DNA of 64,000 nt from Acidobacteriia bacterium UBA6623 (lineage in GTDB: Bacteria; Acidobacteriota; Terriglobia; Bryobacterales; UBA6623): the NCBI GenBank assembly GCA_002433055.1, contig DJHJ01000039.1, positions 22,080-86,079 of the forward strand. Reading direction: 5' to 3'. The position numbers and the translations under genes were made by a program. This document shows positions 1-9,745 of the stretch, piece by piece (the first letter of the stretch is position 1; the number at the start of each line of letters is the position of its first letter). The notes below the pieces were generated by a model. The model searched no databases. It worked only from the letters and a program-made list of their open reading frames with translations, and was not told the origin of the DNA.

Positions 1-196
1 AGAAGAAATTGAAGATTATATTGTTGAACGGTATTGTCACAGTCAAAACAAAGATAACTGCATACCCGAGACCAATCGCAGTGCTAACTTTCTTCGAGAC
101 AGCCAGGAATGAGCACATGCCGAGGAAAAAGGCAAGTGCCATATTTTCAACAAACACTGCCTTAACCGCCAGACTTAAATAGTGTTCCGTCATCAT
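1..196 (-). CDS. nqrE: Na+-translocating NADH:quinone oxidoreductase subunit E, 5' part only (runs off window edge)
   Basis: Reverse-strand translation from ATG at 196 reads [59 protein letters not shown], the conserved NqrE N-terminus. It lies directly downstream of nqrD. Confidence 0.9.
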   Translation of the reverse strand, partial: MMTEHYLSLAVKAVFVENMALAFFLGMCSFLAVSKKVSTAIGLGYAVIFVLTVTIPFNNIIFNFF

Positions 197-238
197 TCCT
201 GTCCTTTGTCCGCCATAGACTCCTCGTCCGAATCAAAC

Positions 239-871
239 TTATCCCAACTCCTGTTCTTCAATCTGATCGGGACGAATTGTCCGAATCAACCAAATGAAAA
301 GCCCGATAATGAAAAATGCCCCTGCAGAGCTCACCATAATTCCATTAGGGTAATACCACCCTCCTTCATGCACAGCTGGAAATATCACTTGTCCATAGAT
401 CTTCCCAGCGCCAAATAATTCCCTTAATAGAGCAGTTGCAATGAGTATCAAGCTGTAACCAAACCCGTTCCCAACGGCATCCAGTAAACTTGACCCAACA
501 CCGTTCTGCATCGCATAAGCCTCCGCCCGGCCCATAATAATGCAATTAGTAATAATCAGACCCACAAAAACAGATAGCTGCTTACTTATGTCGTAGACGT
601 ACGCCTTCAAAAATTGGTCAGCCACAATAACCAAGGAAGCAATGATGGTTAACTGCACTATGATTCTGATATTCGTCGGAATATAATCGCGGAGGAAACT
701 AATAGAAACATTCGAAGCCATCAGAACAAATATGACTGCGCCACACATCACGAGCGCAGTATCCATTTTGGTCGTTACCGCCAAAGCCGAACAAATTCCC
801 AGAACTTGCAAAGCAATGGGGTTATTTTCGATCAGAGGATCTAGTAATACCTTTTTCGCTTCCGTTGTCAT
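239..871 (-). CDS. nqrD: Na+-NQR subunit D
   Basis: 210-aa polytopic membrane ORF. The N-terminus [25 protein letters not shown] is the typical NqrD/RnfE signature. Position in the nqrA-E order fits. Confidence 0.95.
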   Translation of the reverse strand: MTTEAKKVLLDPLIENNPIALQVLGICSALAVTTKMDTALVMCGAVIFVLMASNVSISFLRDYIPTNIRIIVQLTIIASLVIVADQFLKAYVYDISKQLSVFVGLIITNCIIMGRAEAYAMQNGVGSSLLDAVGNGFGYSLILIATALLRELFGAGKIYGQVIFPAVHEGGWYYPNGIMVSSAGAFFIIGLFIWLIRTIRPDQIEEQELG

Positions 872-902
872 GTCTTTCCTGCTCTCTTTTACTCACCATA
901 TT

Positions 903-1691
903 TCATTTGATGGAATCATTATTGACCTGTGTGAAATTTTTTAAATATGGCCCAAACCCGTCCTCACCCAACCAAAAATGCAGCATGTTCGTCACACCAC
1001 GACTGGTAATAGTCGCGCCAGATAGACCATCAATCCGATGAGGGTCCCCGACCGGTAGTCCAGCCTGTCCCTTGATTACTTCAATAGCCACTTCGCCACT
1101 TTCATCAAAGGCCACTCTGTCAGGCCAAAGCGCCTTCCAGTCTGGGTTGTCCACTTCACCGCCCAATCCAGGCGTTTCTTTGTGTTGGTAGTAGGTTAAT
1201 CCGCGCACCGTTTTGGCATCGGCATCCAGTGCAAGAAATCCGTAGAGTGTTCCCCAAAGCCCATAGCCTTCGATGGGGAGCACAATCATACCGACTTCGC
1301 CGCTATCCTCGAGAATGTGGTAGATAATCGCATGACGAGCCATGCGTTTAATTGCCGAGGCATTTGGCGGTGCAGAGCGCCCTGCCTTCGGGTCAACTGC
1401 CGCTTTGCGTGCATCATAAAAATCAGGGTCAATCTCTGGTGCTAGTTCGCCATCCTCAACGTGAATTGCGATAGCCTTTACCCGTCCAAACCTGAGTTGC
1501 ACATCCTCCGAAGATAAGTTCTCACTCGACCTTGCTAGCCCAGCAGCATAAAGAATGTTCTTTTGCTTATCAAGCCTAGCGTTGTTTTTGTGAAGTTCAG
1601 AAAGAGAGACCTCCGATGAACAGACTACTATCGCGCAGATTATACAAATAGCCCCAGCAAACAAAAAAATGTATCCGGTACTATGCCGCAT
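903..1691 (-). CDS. nqrC: Na+-NQR subunit C (FMN-binding)
   Basis: 262 aa with one N-terminal TM helix and the covalent-FMN motif LSGATITSRGV. Overlaps the nqrB stop by 11 nt. Confidence 0.9.
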   Translation of the reverse strand: MRHSTGYIFLFAGAICIICAIVVCSSEVSLSELHKNNARLDKQKNILYAAGLARSSENLSSEDVQLRFGRVKAIAIHVEDGELAPEIDPDFYDARKAAVDPKAGRSAPPNASAIKRMARHAIIYHILEDSGEVGMIVLPIEGYGLWGTLYGFLALDADAKTVRGLTYYQHKETPGLGGEVDNPDWKALWPDRVAFDESGEVAIEVIKGQAGLPVGDPHRIDGLSGATITSRGVTNMLHFWLGEDGFGPYLKNFTQVNNDSIK

Positions 1692-2901
1692 AACGAGTCT
1701 TCCTTCTCTTTATGTTGGCCCGCACCACAAAGTAGTCAATCAGTGCAGAGAAAAGATTCATAAATAGAATCGCCAGCATCATGCCTTCAGGATAAGCAGG
1801 GTTGAGAACTCGGATCAAAATTGCCAACACACCTATCAAAAAACCATACACGTACTTGCCTGAACTGGAATGTGTCGCTGAAACTGGATCGGTGGCCATA
1901 AATACGGTTCCAAATGCCCAACCACCGAGAACCACATGCCAACCAAACGATAAATTGAAAAGAAGATTCGTTTCCGATCCTATGGCATTCAAAAATGTCA
2001 CAGTAAGAAAAGATCCCACCACCACGGAAACCATGATCCGCCACGAACCAATCCCACTGAGAATTAGCACCCCAGCACCAAATAGGCAAGCAGCTGTCGA
2101 GGTTTCGCCCATCGAGCCTGGCACGAATCCGAGAAAGGCGTCCCACCAGGTGATGTTGGCAGTCAGAACGTTTGGTCCATTTGTTACCGTTTCTGCAAGC
2201 CAAGTCGCACCACTATACCCATCTGCACTGGTCCGTGCAGCAATCCATACTGCATCGCCGGAAATCTGACCCGGATAGGCAAAGAACAGAAAAGCCCGTG
2301 ACACAAGTGCTGGGTTCAGGATATTCATCCCAGTACCGCCGAACACTTCCTTGCCGATAATAATGCCAAATGCTATCCCCACCGCAACTTGCCACAAGGG
2401 AATCGTTGGAGGTAAGACCAATGGGAACAGCATCCCTGTTACCAAAAAACCTTCGTTGATTTCATGTTTTCGTACTAACGCAAACAGAGCCTCGCAATTG
2501 CCACCCACTAGAAACGTGACAAGAACCACTGGAAAATAATAGAGAGCACCGTGCACGATGCAAGCAACTACATCGGAAGGTGAAAAAGCATAGCCGAGCA
2601 TGTGCATCACCTCGGTTTGCCAAGTATCAAGTGGTAATGCGCCACCCATAATCGCCATATGTGCCTGATAACCAGTGTTGTACATCGCCATCAAAACACA
2701 GGGGATCAGCGCAAAAACCACAGTCATCATCATGCGTTTGAGGTCGAGTCCGTCTCGGACATGAGAGGCGCCACTAGTTACCTTGCCAGGAGTAAAGAGA
2801 AAGGTCTCTCCTGCCTCGAATAAGGGATACAGCCTCTCGAGACGACCACCGGGTCGAAAATGTTTCGACTGTGAATCTAAAATCGACCTCAGAAATTGCA
2901 T
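1681..2901 (-). CDS. nqrB: Na+-NQR subunit B
   Basis: 406-aa polytopic membrane ORF with the SGAT FMN-attachment motif (YSGATWLA). Sits between nqrA and nqrC. Confidence 0.95.
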   Translation of the reverse strand: MQFLRSILDSQSKHFRPGGRLERLYPLFEAGETFLFTPGKVTSGASHVRDGLDLKRMMMTVVFALIPCVLMAMYNTGYQAHMAIMGGALPLDTWQTEVMHMLGYAFSPSDVVACIVHGALYYFPVVLVTFLVGGNCEALFALVRKHEINEGFLVTGMLFPLVLPPTIPLWQVAVGIAFGIIIGKEVFGGTGMNILNPALVSRAFLFFAYPGQISGDAVWIAARTSADGYSGATWLAETVTNGPNVLTANITWWDAFLGFVPGSMGETSTAACLFGAGVLILSGIGSWRIMVSVVVGSFLTVTFLNAIGSETNLLFNLSFGWHVVLGGWAFGTVFMATDPVSATHSSSGKYVYGFLIGVLAILIRVLNPAYPEGMMLAILFMNLFSALIDYFVVRANIKRRKTRYAA

Positions 2902-2911
2902 CAGTCTGCTA

Positions 2912-4282
2912 CTAACCTTCCTTCTCTATCGCTGTCAGAACATTGCGTAACAGAGGGCCATATTCAGTTTTGCCCGGACAAACAAATGTACACAAAGCCA
3001 AATCCTCTTCATCCAACTCAAGGCAACCCAACTGTTGCGCATACTCTATGTCGCCTACCGCCAAAGCTCTTAGTAGAAATGACGGTTGAATGTCCATCGG
3101 CATGATGCGTTCGTACATGCCAATTGGCACCATGGCACGATTTGAGCCATGTGTTGAACTGCCAAAATTAAATTTTTTATTGGGTATCAATCTCGAAATA
3201 AACGTGTTAACGATCGAGTAGCTCTCAATACCAGGAGTCAACCAGCCTAGAAACGTTCTCGTACGCTGTTCGGGTATCGCTGAGATCTGATGATGATACC
3301 GGCCCAAATAACCAAACACATCGCCGGAGGCAATACGGCCCGAGAATACCGATCCTGAGATAACGCGGTTTTCGGCGTTCGATAGCTCTCCTGTGGTCAG
3401 ACGATCGACAGAAGCTCCAATCCGAGTCGATAGTAGTCTTGGTCGATTTACCGACGGTCCGGCCAGTGCAACAACTCGCTCTACATCCAGTACTCCGGAC
3501 TCAAATAGCGCTCCGATAGCCACAGTGTCTTGATAGTCAACATGCCAAACAAGCTTTGTGGCATCGACAGGGTCTAGAAAATGAATATGCACACCAACGG
3601 TACCTGAGGGATGAGGTCCACTGAACTCTTCAACCTTGAAGCATCTGCCAGACGGTACAGGAATTTCTCCTCCTGGACTCTTACAGATATAAACCGGTCC
3701 ATCTGTTAATTTCGCAAGTACCTGCAAGCCCCGCTCAAAGTGCTCTTCTTTGCCGTCCAAGACAACATTCACATCAGGCGATAGAGGATTTGTGTCCGAT
3801 GCGGTAACAAATATGGACCGTGGCAATTTTTCTGGGTCAGCCACTCGACCAAATGGCCGACCACGCAATGCAGTCCACAACCCTGATTCAAGCAGAAGAT
3901 CTTTAACTTGTGTGCGCTGCAGTTCACCTGGTGAACGACCTGTGAAGGAGGAAAACGTTATGGCCTCACCTTTTCCTGCAAGTTCGGAGGTGTCGAGCTG
4001 AATCACGACTGACTGCAGAGCACGTCTTGCACCTCGATGAACTGCTATTACGCGCCCACTACCCGGTGCTGTGAAGCGTACACCCGGATTTTTCTTGTCG
4101 TCAAATAATACCTGCCCGCGACATACATCATCCCCCACAGCAACATGCATGGTGGGTTTTATCCCAACGTAGTCATCTGCAAGAACAGCAACACTGTTAG
4201 GCTGAGAGGCCTTTTCGATTGTTTGTTTCGGTGCGCCCGCAATAGGAAGATTTAAACCCTTCCTGATCTTATGAAGTCCCAT
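2912..4282 (-). CDS. nqrA: Na+-NQR subunit A
   Basis: 456 aa. The N-terminus MGLHKIRKGLNLPIAGAPKQ matches the canonical NqrA start (Vibrio MITIKKGLDLPIAG). First gene of the operon. Confidence 0.95.
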   Translation of the reverse strand: MGLHKIRKGLNLPIAGAPKQTIEKASQPNSVAVLADDYVGIKPTMHVAVGDDVCRGQVLFDDKKNPGVRFTAPGSGRVIAVHRGARRALQSVVIQLDTSELAGKGEAITFSSFTGRSPGELQRTQVKDLLLESGLWTALRGRPFGRVADPEKLPRSIFVTASDTNPLSPDVNVVLDGKEEHFERGLQVLAKLTDGPVYICKSPGGEIPVPSGRCFKVEEFSGPHPSGTVGVHIHFLDPVDATKLVWHVDYQDTVAIGALFESGVLDVERVVALAGPSVNRPRLLSTRIGASVDRLTTGELSNAENRVISGSVFSGRIASGDVFGYLGRYHHQISAIPEQRTRTFLGWLTPGIESYSIVNTFISRLIPNKKFNFGSSTHGSNRAMVPIGMYERIMPMDIQPSFLLRALAVGDIEYAQQLGCLELDEEDLALCTFVCPGKTEYGPLLRNVLTAIEKEG

Positions 4283-4641
4283 TGTTTTAGTAACGTTCTA
4301 TGACTGCTTCTACTCGAACTCCATTGTCAACAGCGTCTCTGGTGACACCATCTGCTCTGAGACCTCGAATCAGACCAGTATTCGTGGGAGTGCAATTACG
4401 ACAAACGCCACAACGCAACTCATATTTTAGCGTGTTTATCAACAAAGCTGAATCGCATTTCCAATCCAATAGAGAAGTAATTGTCACCCTTGATCACATC
4501 CAGCACCTAAGTTCCTGCTAGACGGACCATGAATACTGAGTGCCATCGAACAAAAAATCACAAACACAATCATTTATTTTCTGTGAATTTGCTAATGGCC
4601 GACGCAGGCTTTATTCAGTAGGATAACCTGGTGAGGCCCCT

Positions 4642-5073
4642 ATGCAAGACCACTTGGTAACTATTGCACGCTTCTCTTCACTGCATGAAGCTCATCTCGC
4701 ACGGGGAATGCTTGAAGCCCACGGAATCGTCGTCACTTTGCTTGACGAAAATATTAACCGGGCTCTCGGTAGTGCTGGCAGGTACGTAGGAGGCATCCGA
4801 CTACAAGTCCCCGAGCACGATACCAATCTTGCAGTAGAGTTACTTGGACTCACGGATACTCGCGCTGAAATTGAACCGGCCAACACAAATCACTCCACCA
4901 GAAACAACATCCTGAAAGAATCGCCCAGTGGCGATCGGTCTTGCCCTCTTTGCGGATCTAAACCGGCAGGACTTCTAGCGCGCCTCACGAAAACATTGGA
5001 TTCTTTGGTGAATAGAGAATCAACCCAACAAAATAACACTTGTTCTTTGTGCGGCAATGCTCGAGAGGAGTAG
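4642..5073 (+). CDS. DUF2007-like (PII-fold putative signalling domain) protein with C-terminal CxxC...CxxC zinc-ribbon-like tail
   Basis: N-terminal LVTIARFSSLHEAHLARGMLEAHGIVVTLLDEN resembles the DUF2007 pattern. The C-terminus carries CPLCGSK ... CSLCGN. Confidence 0.55.
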   Translation: MQDHLVTIARFSSLHEAHLARGMLEAHGIVVTLLDENINRALGSAGRYVGGIRLQVPEHDTNLAVELLGLTDTRAEIEPANTNHSTRNNILKESPSGDRSCPLCGSKPAGLLARLTKTLDSLVNRESTQQNNTCSLCGNAREE

Positions 5074-5200
5074 GTAAACCATGTCCATGACGTTGTTTGC
5101 ACACAACCTCATCTCCCCTATCCAGCTCTTTCGATTTAGGTCACACTAGGAGAGAACATCTCACAAGTTGTACTACGAATATTAGACCATTGAGGATACG

Positions 5201-5617
5201 ATGAAATGGCTACGTAAAATATTTTCGACACCCCCGGCAAAAATATCCTTGCGCGGCCGCCCTGCAATTCGGCGTGAAAAGTCCTATACAGCCGAAACTG
5301 GATACGTTTATCAGTACTTCTATGAAGGTTTCCACGAAACAAACATGGACGGTGAAAATGGCCAGGAATACCTTTTTTCTGTTAGTTCGGATCGAGTGGT
5401 ACAATTTCCGATCCGAATCTTTCTTAGTCGAAAGGTTACGACTGAATGGCAAACAGCTAGGCAACGAGAACTGAACGCTACCGAGCAATATGCGCTCATT
5501 AAGATGGCTTTATTTGCGATGTTCGATCGGCAGCCAACCCTTGTCGGTGGCGTACCTCCAATCTACATCACCCACGAAGAAGCAGACGAGTACGCCGCAA
5601 CATTGTCGTTCATATAG
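5201..5617 (+). CDS. hypothetical protein
   Basis: 138-aa ORF with an ATG start and no competing long ORF of better quality. I recognise no family. Confidence 0.4.
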   Translation: MKWLRKIFSTPPAKISLRGRPAIRREKSYTAETGYVYQYFYEGFHETNMDGENGQEYLFSVSSDRVVQFPIRIFLSRKVTTEWQTARQRELNATEQYALIKMALFAMFDRQPTLVGGVPPIYITHEEADEYAATLSFI

Positions 5618-5634
5618 TCAACACTCATTACGAG

Positions 5635-6597
5635 CTACCTGACCAGAGGTGTTACCACAATCTTGTAGAACTCGATTGGGCCGTGATCGCCTTGTAACAG
5701 AAGTGGGCCAGCACTGGCTTCACGTGCATCCATAGCCATAGCGGTAAGTCCACGAACCTCTCTCTTGTCGATGATGCTTGTCCCATTAAGCACCACAGTA
5801 AGATCACGGCCAATGAGAACAATATCAAATGTTTGACGGGCAGTAGATGGTTGGCTGGCATTCAAAGAAGGCTTGATTGTACTGTACAAGGCGCCGTTAC
5901 CATGGATGCTTGGCGGTTGACCAAAATCATCGAGGATCTGGATCTCATATCTCGAGCGAAGCCCAATACCACTGTTGCTTTTCGATGCAACACGAAACTC
6001 GACATGTAGACGAAAGTTGAAAAACTTTTCGTTAGAAACCAGGTTTGGAGCCTTACCCTGGTTACGGAGAACGCCATCAGAAACAATCCACCTACCATAT
6101 TCATTCTGTCCAGCGTGCCAATGCAGCATATCTTTTCCGTCGAACAATACGATGGGGACACTTGGCTTCCAGCTACCATCGTCTGTGTCTTTGAGGACAT
6201 CCGGGCGTCTTCCTGACCACCGAATTTCAGTGCCGTTTTGGCGGCTAGTGGTACCTTTTATTCCGTCTTTAAATAAGCGGACCGTGTTGGTCGCCCTAAG
6301 CCAAGTTTGACTTTGCTGCAAATAGCGTTCGACGCCGAAAGACAGCACTCCATCTCGAATGTTGGCATCGATCAACGGTTGTGAACGACCTCCGACTGCA
6401 CCAACACAACGACCTGCAATATCGCCGTTACCCGCTCCCCTGATTTCAAGCCACATTGCCTTCTGGTGAGGAGGTTCTACCTCAATCGCCCATTTTCCAT
6501 TGAATGCTGAATCATCGGCTCTCGCTCCCATGATGAAAACAAGCAAAAGCATGCATCCCAAAACTCGCATCGTCGACTCATTTCGTAATAAAAACAT
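5635..6597 (-). CDS. secreted DUF1080 (3-keto-disaccharide hydrolase-like, ConA-fold) protein
   Basis: Signal peptide MRVLGCMLLLVFIMGARA (alternative start at 6570). C-terminal half has WIVSDGVLRN ... FNFRLHVEFR ... NSGIGLRSRYEIQILD, typical DUF1080 motifs. GGAAGG lies 7 nt upstream of the ATG. Confidence 0.75.
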   Translation of the reverse strand: MFLLRNESTMRVLGCMLLLVFIMGARADDSAFNGKWAIEVEPPHQKAMWLEIRGAGNGDIAGRCVGAVGGRSQPLIDANIRDGVLSFGVERYLQQSQTWLRATNTVRLFKDGIKGTTSRQNGTEIRWSGRRPDVLKDTDDGSWKPSVPIVLFDGKDMLHWHAGQNEYGRWIVSDGVLRNQGKAPNLVSNEKFFNFRLHVEFRVASKSNSGIGLRSRYEIQILDDFGQPPSIHGNGALYSTIKPSLNASQPSTARQTFDIVLIGRDLTVVLNGTSIIDKREVRGLTAMAMDAREASAGPLLLQGDHGPIEFYKIVVTPLVR

Positions 6598-6821
6598 TGC
6601 TGCCTTCCATCTTCAACACAAATACTACAACGTTTCGCTTAAAGGTGTATTTCGAACAACGGTGTGCCACAGCAATACACAAATGAGCACCACATGCAGG
6701 AAATTGAACCTAACAATGCCTTTGTACTGGCATAACCTTGTCCAGTTGGAACAACCAACCCCTCTACTGGCTAGCAGATCTGAGTTATCAACAAGTAGGC
6801 TCTTGAGTTAATCACGATTCA

Positions 6822-9548
6822 TCACCTCTCAAATCGCAAAGTGACAATCTCCCAAGGTTTAATTTGGAAAGAAGCCTGATGGCCGCGTAGTGTTACATCC
6901 GGTCCTGAGAGTGGGTTGCCATTGAAGTCTACCGGCTGGCAAGACGAAGCCGCAAAAGGAAGTTTCACCTCTACGTCGGACTCTTCACCAATTGAATCGT
7001 AAAGACGTACTTCGAAACCTTCACCTTTCCCGTAACAGGCCGACATCATTACTGTTTCTGGGCTCACAGTGATAAAACTTTTTTCAGAAGGAAGATCTGC
7101 ATCACTGCGTGGATAGAGCCTAATTTCGCTCAGAGGGTAAATTTTCTCCTGTGCCCGTCGTGGACTCTCTGTATCCTTCCAATCACCTCCGTGGGGCAAG
7201 AGAGTGTAGTCAAAATGGTGTTGTCCCTCGCCAGTGAAATAACGGTTCGTGAACTGTTCTGAAATAGGTCTCTTGACAATTGTCAACATCAAGATATGCT
7301 CGAGTGAGCGCTTTTCGGGGTGATACAGAAACCCTCGTTTCCCTTCGGCAGCAAGGAACGTCAGCCCCTTCTCGTTATCGCTGTGATCTACCCAGTGGTG
7401 GGCATAAAATACATTCTTACGCAGGAATTCCTCATTGACATCTGACCCATCCGCCCAGGGCTCATTAGAAAGATCACGATGCTCTGTTCCGAAAGGTATT
7501 CCCGCGTAGGGAATTGCATCGTAATCAAATAGAACATTCGCTGCAAAATATCCGTTGCCGCCAACGCTGTCGATATCGACACTAAAATCAATGCGGCCTA
7601 GTCTGTGATAGACCGAAATCATCATCGACACCTCATGATCACCGATCATGCCCTTCATCTGGGCTCGAGTGCGCAACGAGCCAGCCTCCACGATCTTCCA
7701 TTCGGCGTCCCTGATCTTTTGCTCTGAGGTCACTGGACCACCGTGCCAAGGCCAGGGATCGTCATTGGTATAAAAAACTGGATTGCCTGCATCCGCATAA
7801 ACTGTTTGATGGACTTTATCTTCAATGCTCTTGATACCATGCGGCCCAAGTTGGATTTTTATAAAGTCGTCTTCGATTACACTTCTCGAATCTTCCACAG
7901 GGCCTGGCGTCTCCACCCCCTCCTGAGGCACTATCTTGAGCGTCGTGTAACCGATCGGCGGCACCTCGACATCCACTAAAATCCATAGTTCTTTGTACGA
8001 ATTTTTCCCAGTGCCTAAATGCTCACTAGGGTTCAAGTAATTTCGCATCTCAAGAACCTGATGCGGTCGTTCACGTCCCTGGCCATCGACAACTTTAATC
8101 TTGCTAACACCAGGCTCTGGGAAGACCGCTTTATACTCAATAACTTCACGACGTGTCCAATTCATAGGGTTAACAACGGCCGCTTTTTGTTCTCCCTCGT
8201 CGGCAGTAATTCGGTGACTCAACAGAGTTAATGCCTCATGTCTCAGTTGTTCACATTCGTAAACAACATGACCACCGACACGAATACCATCTGAAAGATC
8301 CTCATCGCTCACATATAGCCCATCATGTGGAAATAGAAATAGGCCATCGTACCAAAGTGTTTCTAGTTTAGTTTCGGGGTAATTAACACCAAGCCAGCTC
8401 GCCATGGAGGAGAAAATTTCCGCCTCTACGAGACGTTGCGACGATCGATCACGCCAATTGTCCAGACCCTTACTGCCACATTGCCCATACCAGAAAGGCC
8501 ACCCCACTGGTTCGATCACACCTTTGACACGAGGCAGTGACGAACGTTGTTTTTCCAACTCATGATAAAAATCAATCGGTGTAGCAAAGTCGAGAGGTAT
8601 TGATTCTCGTTTTGCCCATTCACGAACAAACCCAGGAAGATCAACGTACCCTTCTTTACCTTGGTCCTCTACAAGCCGAGGGATAGACAGGGGTAGAGTG
8701 TGATCAAGTCCAACAGGAATCCAAATAACCTTACTCGGGCTATTAGCTGAAAGACTTTCTACTGCCGAATCATACAAAGCAACAACTGCTCGCTCCCAGT
8801 CGTCTTTGTAGCCACTAATTTCGTCGTAATAGGCCGCAGCCCCCTTTCCCATACCCCAACCACCTGCCATCCAACCGTATGGGCCATAACTAAGCAATGT
8901 TTCACTGCCGTCAAGCCCTTCCCAAATGAACTCCCTTTTGTATCCCTTGCGATCAAGAGGAAAGATCGGACGTGTAAAACGGTAGTACTTATATCCTGCC
9001 TTAGTGAGTAATTGAGGCATTTGAGCAAAGCCAGGGTGTATATCGATGAAGGCTGCCACTTCAAGGTTGACTTCTGGAAAAATTTTGCGAAAATACTTGC
9101 GCCCAAGAACCATATTGCGAATAATTGCCTCGGCTTCATTGAACGGATTATCGTTATTGACGACAGTACCAGCCGCAACACCCACTCGGCCTTGAGTCAC
9201 AAACTCCTTCAGTTCATCTATCAACTCGGGGTGTATTTTCTCAACCCGATCCATGCGTTCAAGTTTGACGTCTATAAACCACTTGAAATTGTCTTCCCGA
9301 TGCAAGATCTCAACTGCATGTTTTTCAATGCGTGCCGCACGCTCATGGTGCCAAGTCTCAGTCGCAAACCAAGAATAGTCGTTATGGCTATAGGGTACGA
9401 AGAAAAGCTTCGTGTCTTTCATCGCCTCACGAACTTCCTCATAAGAGGGCATTCGGCGATCGTTGTCCGGGGTTTGTGCTCGTGCGTGAGCAATTGCAGC
9501 CCCGAGAAAAGTTAAAGCTTCAAGAAATTGACGGCGATCTACTGCCAT
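6822..9548 (-). CDS. glycoside hydrolase, probably family 38 (alpha-mannosidase-like), Tat-exported
   Basis: 908 aa with a twin-arginine signal MAVDRRQFLEALTFLGAAIAHARA. FFVPYSHNDYSWF fits the GH38 N-terminal H-x-D-x-x-W metal-site motif. GGAGG lies 4 nt before the ATG. Family call is from memory only. Confidence 0.6.
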   Translation of the reverse strand: MAVDRRQFLEALTFLGAAIAHARAQTPDNDRRMPSYEEVREAMKDTKLFFVPYSHNDYSWFATETWHHERAARIEKHAVEILHREDNFKWFIDVKLERMDRVEKIHPELIDELKEFVTQGRVGVAAGTVVNNDNPFNEAEAIIRNMVLGRKYFRKIFPEVNLEVAAFIDIHPGFAQMPQLLTKAGYKYYRFTRPIFPLDRKGYKREFIWEGLDGSETLLSYGPYGWMAGGWGMGKGAAAYYDEISGYKDDWERAVVALYDSAVESLSANSPSKVIWIPVGLDHTLPLSIPRLVEDQGKEGYVDLPGFVREWAKRESIPLDFATPIDFYHELEKQRSSLPRVKGVIEPVGWPFWYGQCGSKGLDNWRDRSSQRLVEAEIFSSMASWLGVNYPETKLETLWYDGLFLFPHDGLYVSDEDLSDGIRVGGHVVYECEQLRHEALTLLSHRITADEGEQKAAVVNPMNWTRREVIEYKAVFPEPGVSKIKVVDGQGRERPHQVLEMRNYLNPSEHLGTGKNSYKELWILVDVEVPPIGYTTLKIVPQEGVETPGPVEDSRSVIEDDFIKIQLGPHGIKSIEDKVHQTVYADAGNPVFYTNDDPWPWHGGPVTSEQKIRDAEWKIVEAGSLRTRAQMKGMIGDHEVSMMISVYHRLGRIDFSVDIDSVGGNGYFAANVLFDYDAIPYAGIPFGTEHRDLSNEPWADGSDVNEEFLRKNVFYAHHWVDHSDNEKGLTFLAAEGKRGFLYHPEKRSLEHILMLTIVKRPISEQFTNRYFTGEGQHHFDYTLLPHGGDWKDTESPRRAQEKIYPLSEIRLYPRSDADLPSEKSFITVSPETVMMSACYGKGEGFEVRLYDSIGEESDVEVKLPFAASSCQPVDFNGNPLSGPDVTLRGHQASFQIKPWEIVTLRFER

Positions 9549-9745
9549 GAAACCTCCAGTAAAATAAAGTGTGCTACCTACTGTTTAGACCCGCAGTATC
9601 AAAATACGCCAGGGGTCATACTCGAACCAAACGAAGATCTATTTACACCAAACGTCAATTATAGTTCAACCCGATAAAAACAAGCGGGAACCTCACGACA
9701 GCCCATTTCTAGTAAGTGCACCTGTAAAGTTCCAACCCTTATCGT

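Noticed and set aside
1787-2269. 138-aa and 155-aa ORFs overlapping nqrB
   Set aside because: Both lie inside a confidently identified membrane-protein gene, and their compositions are unlike real proteins.
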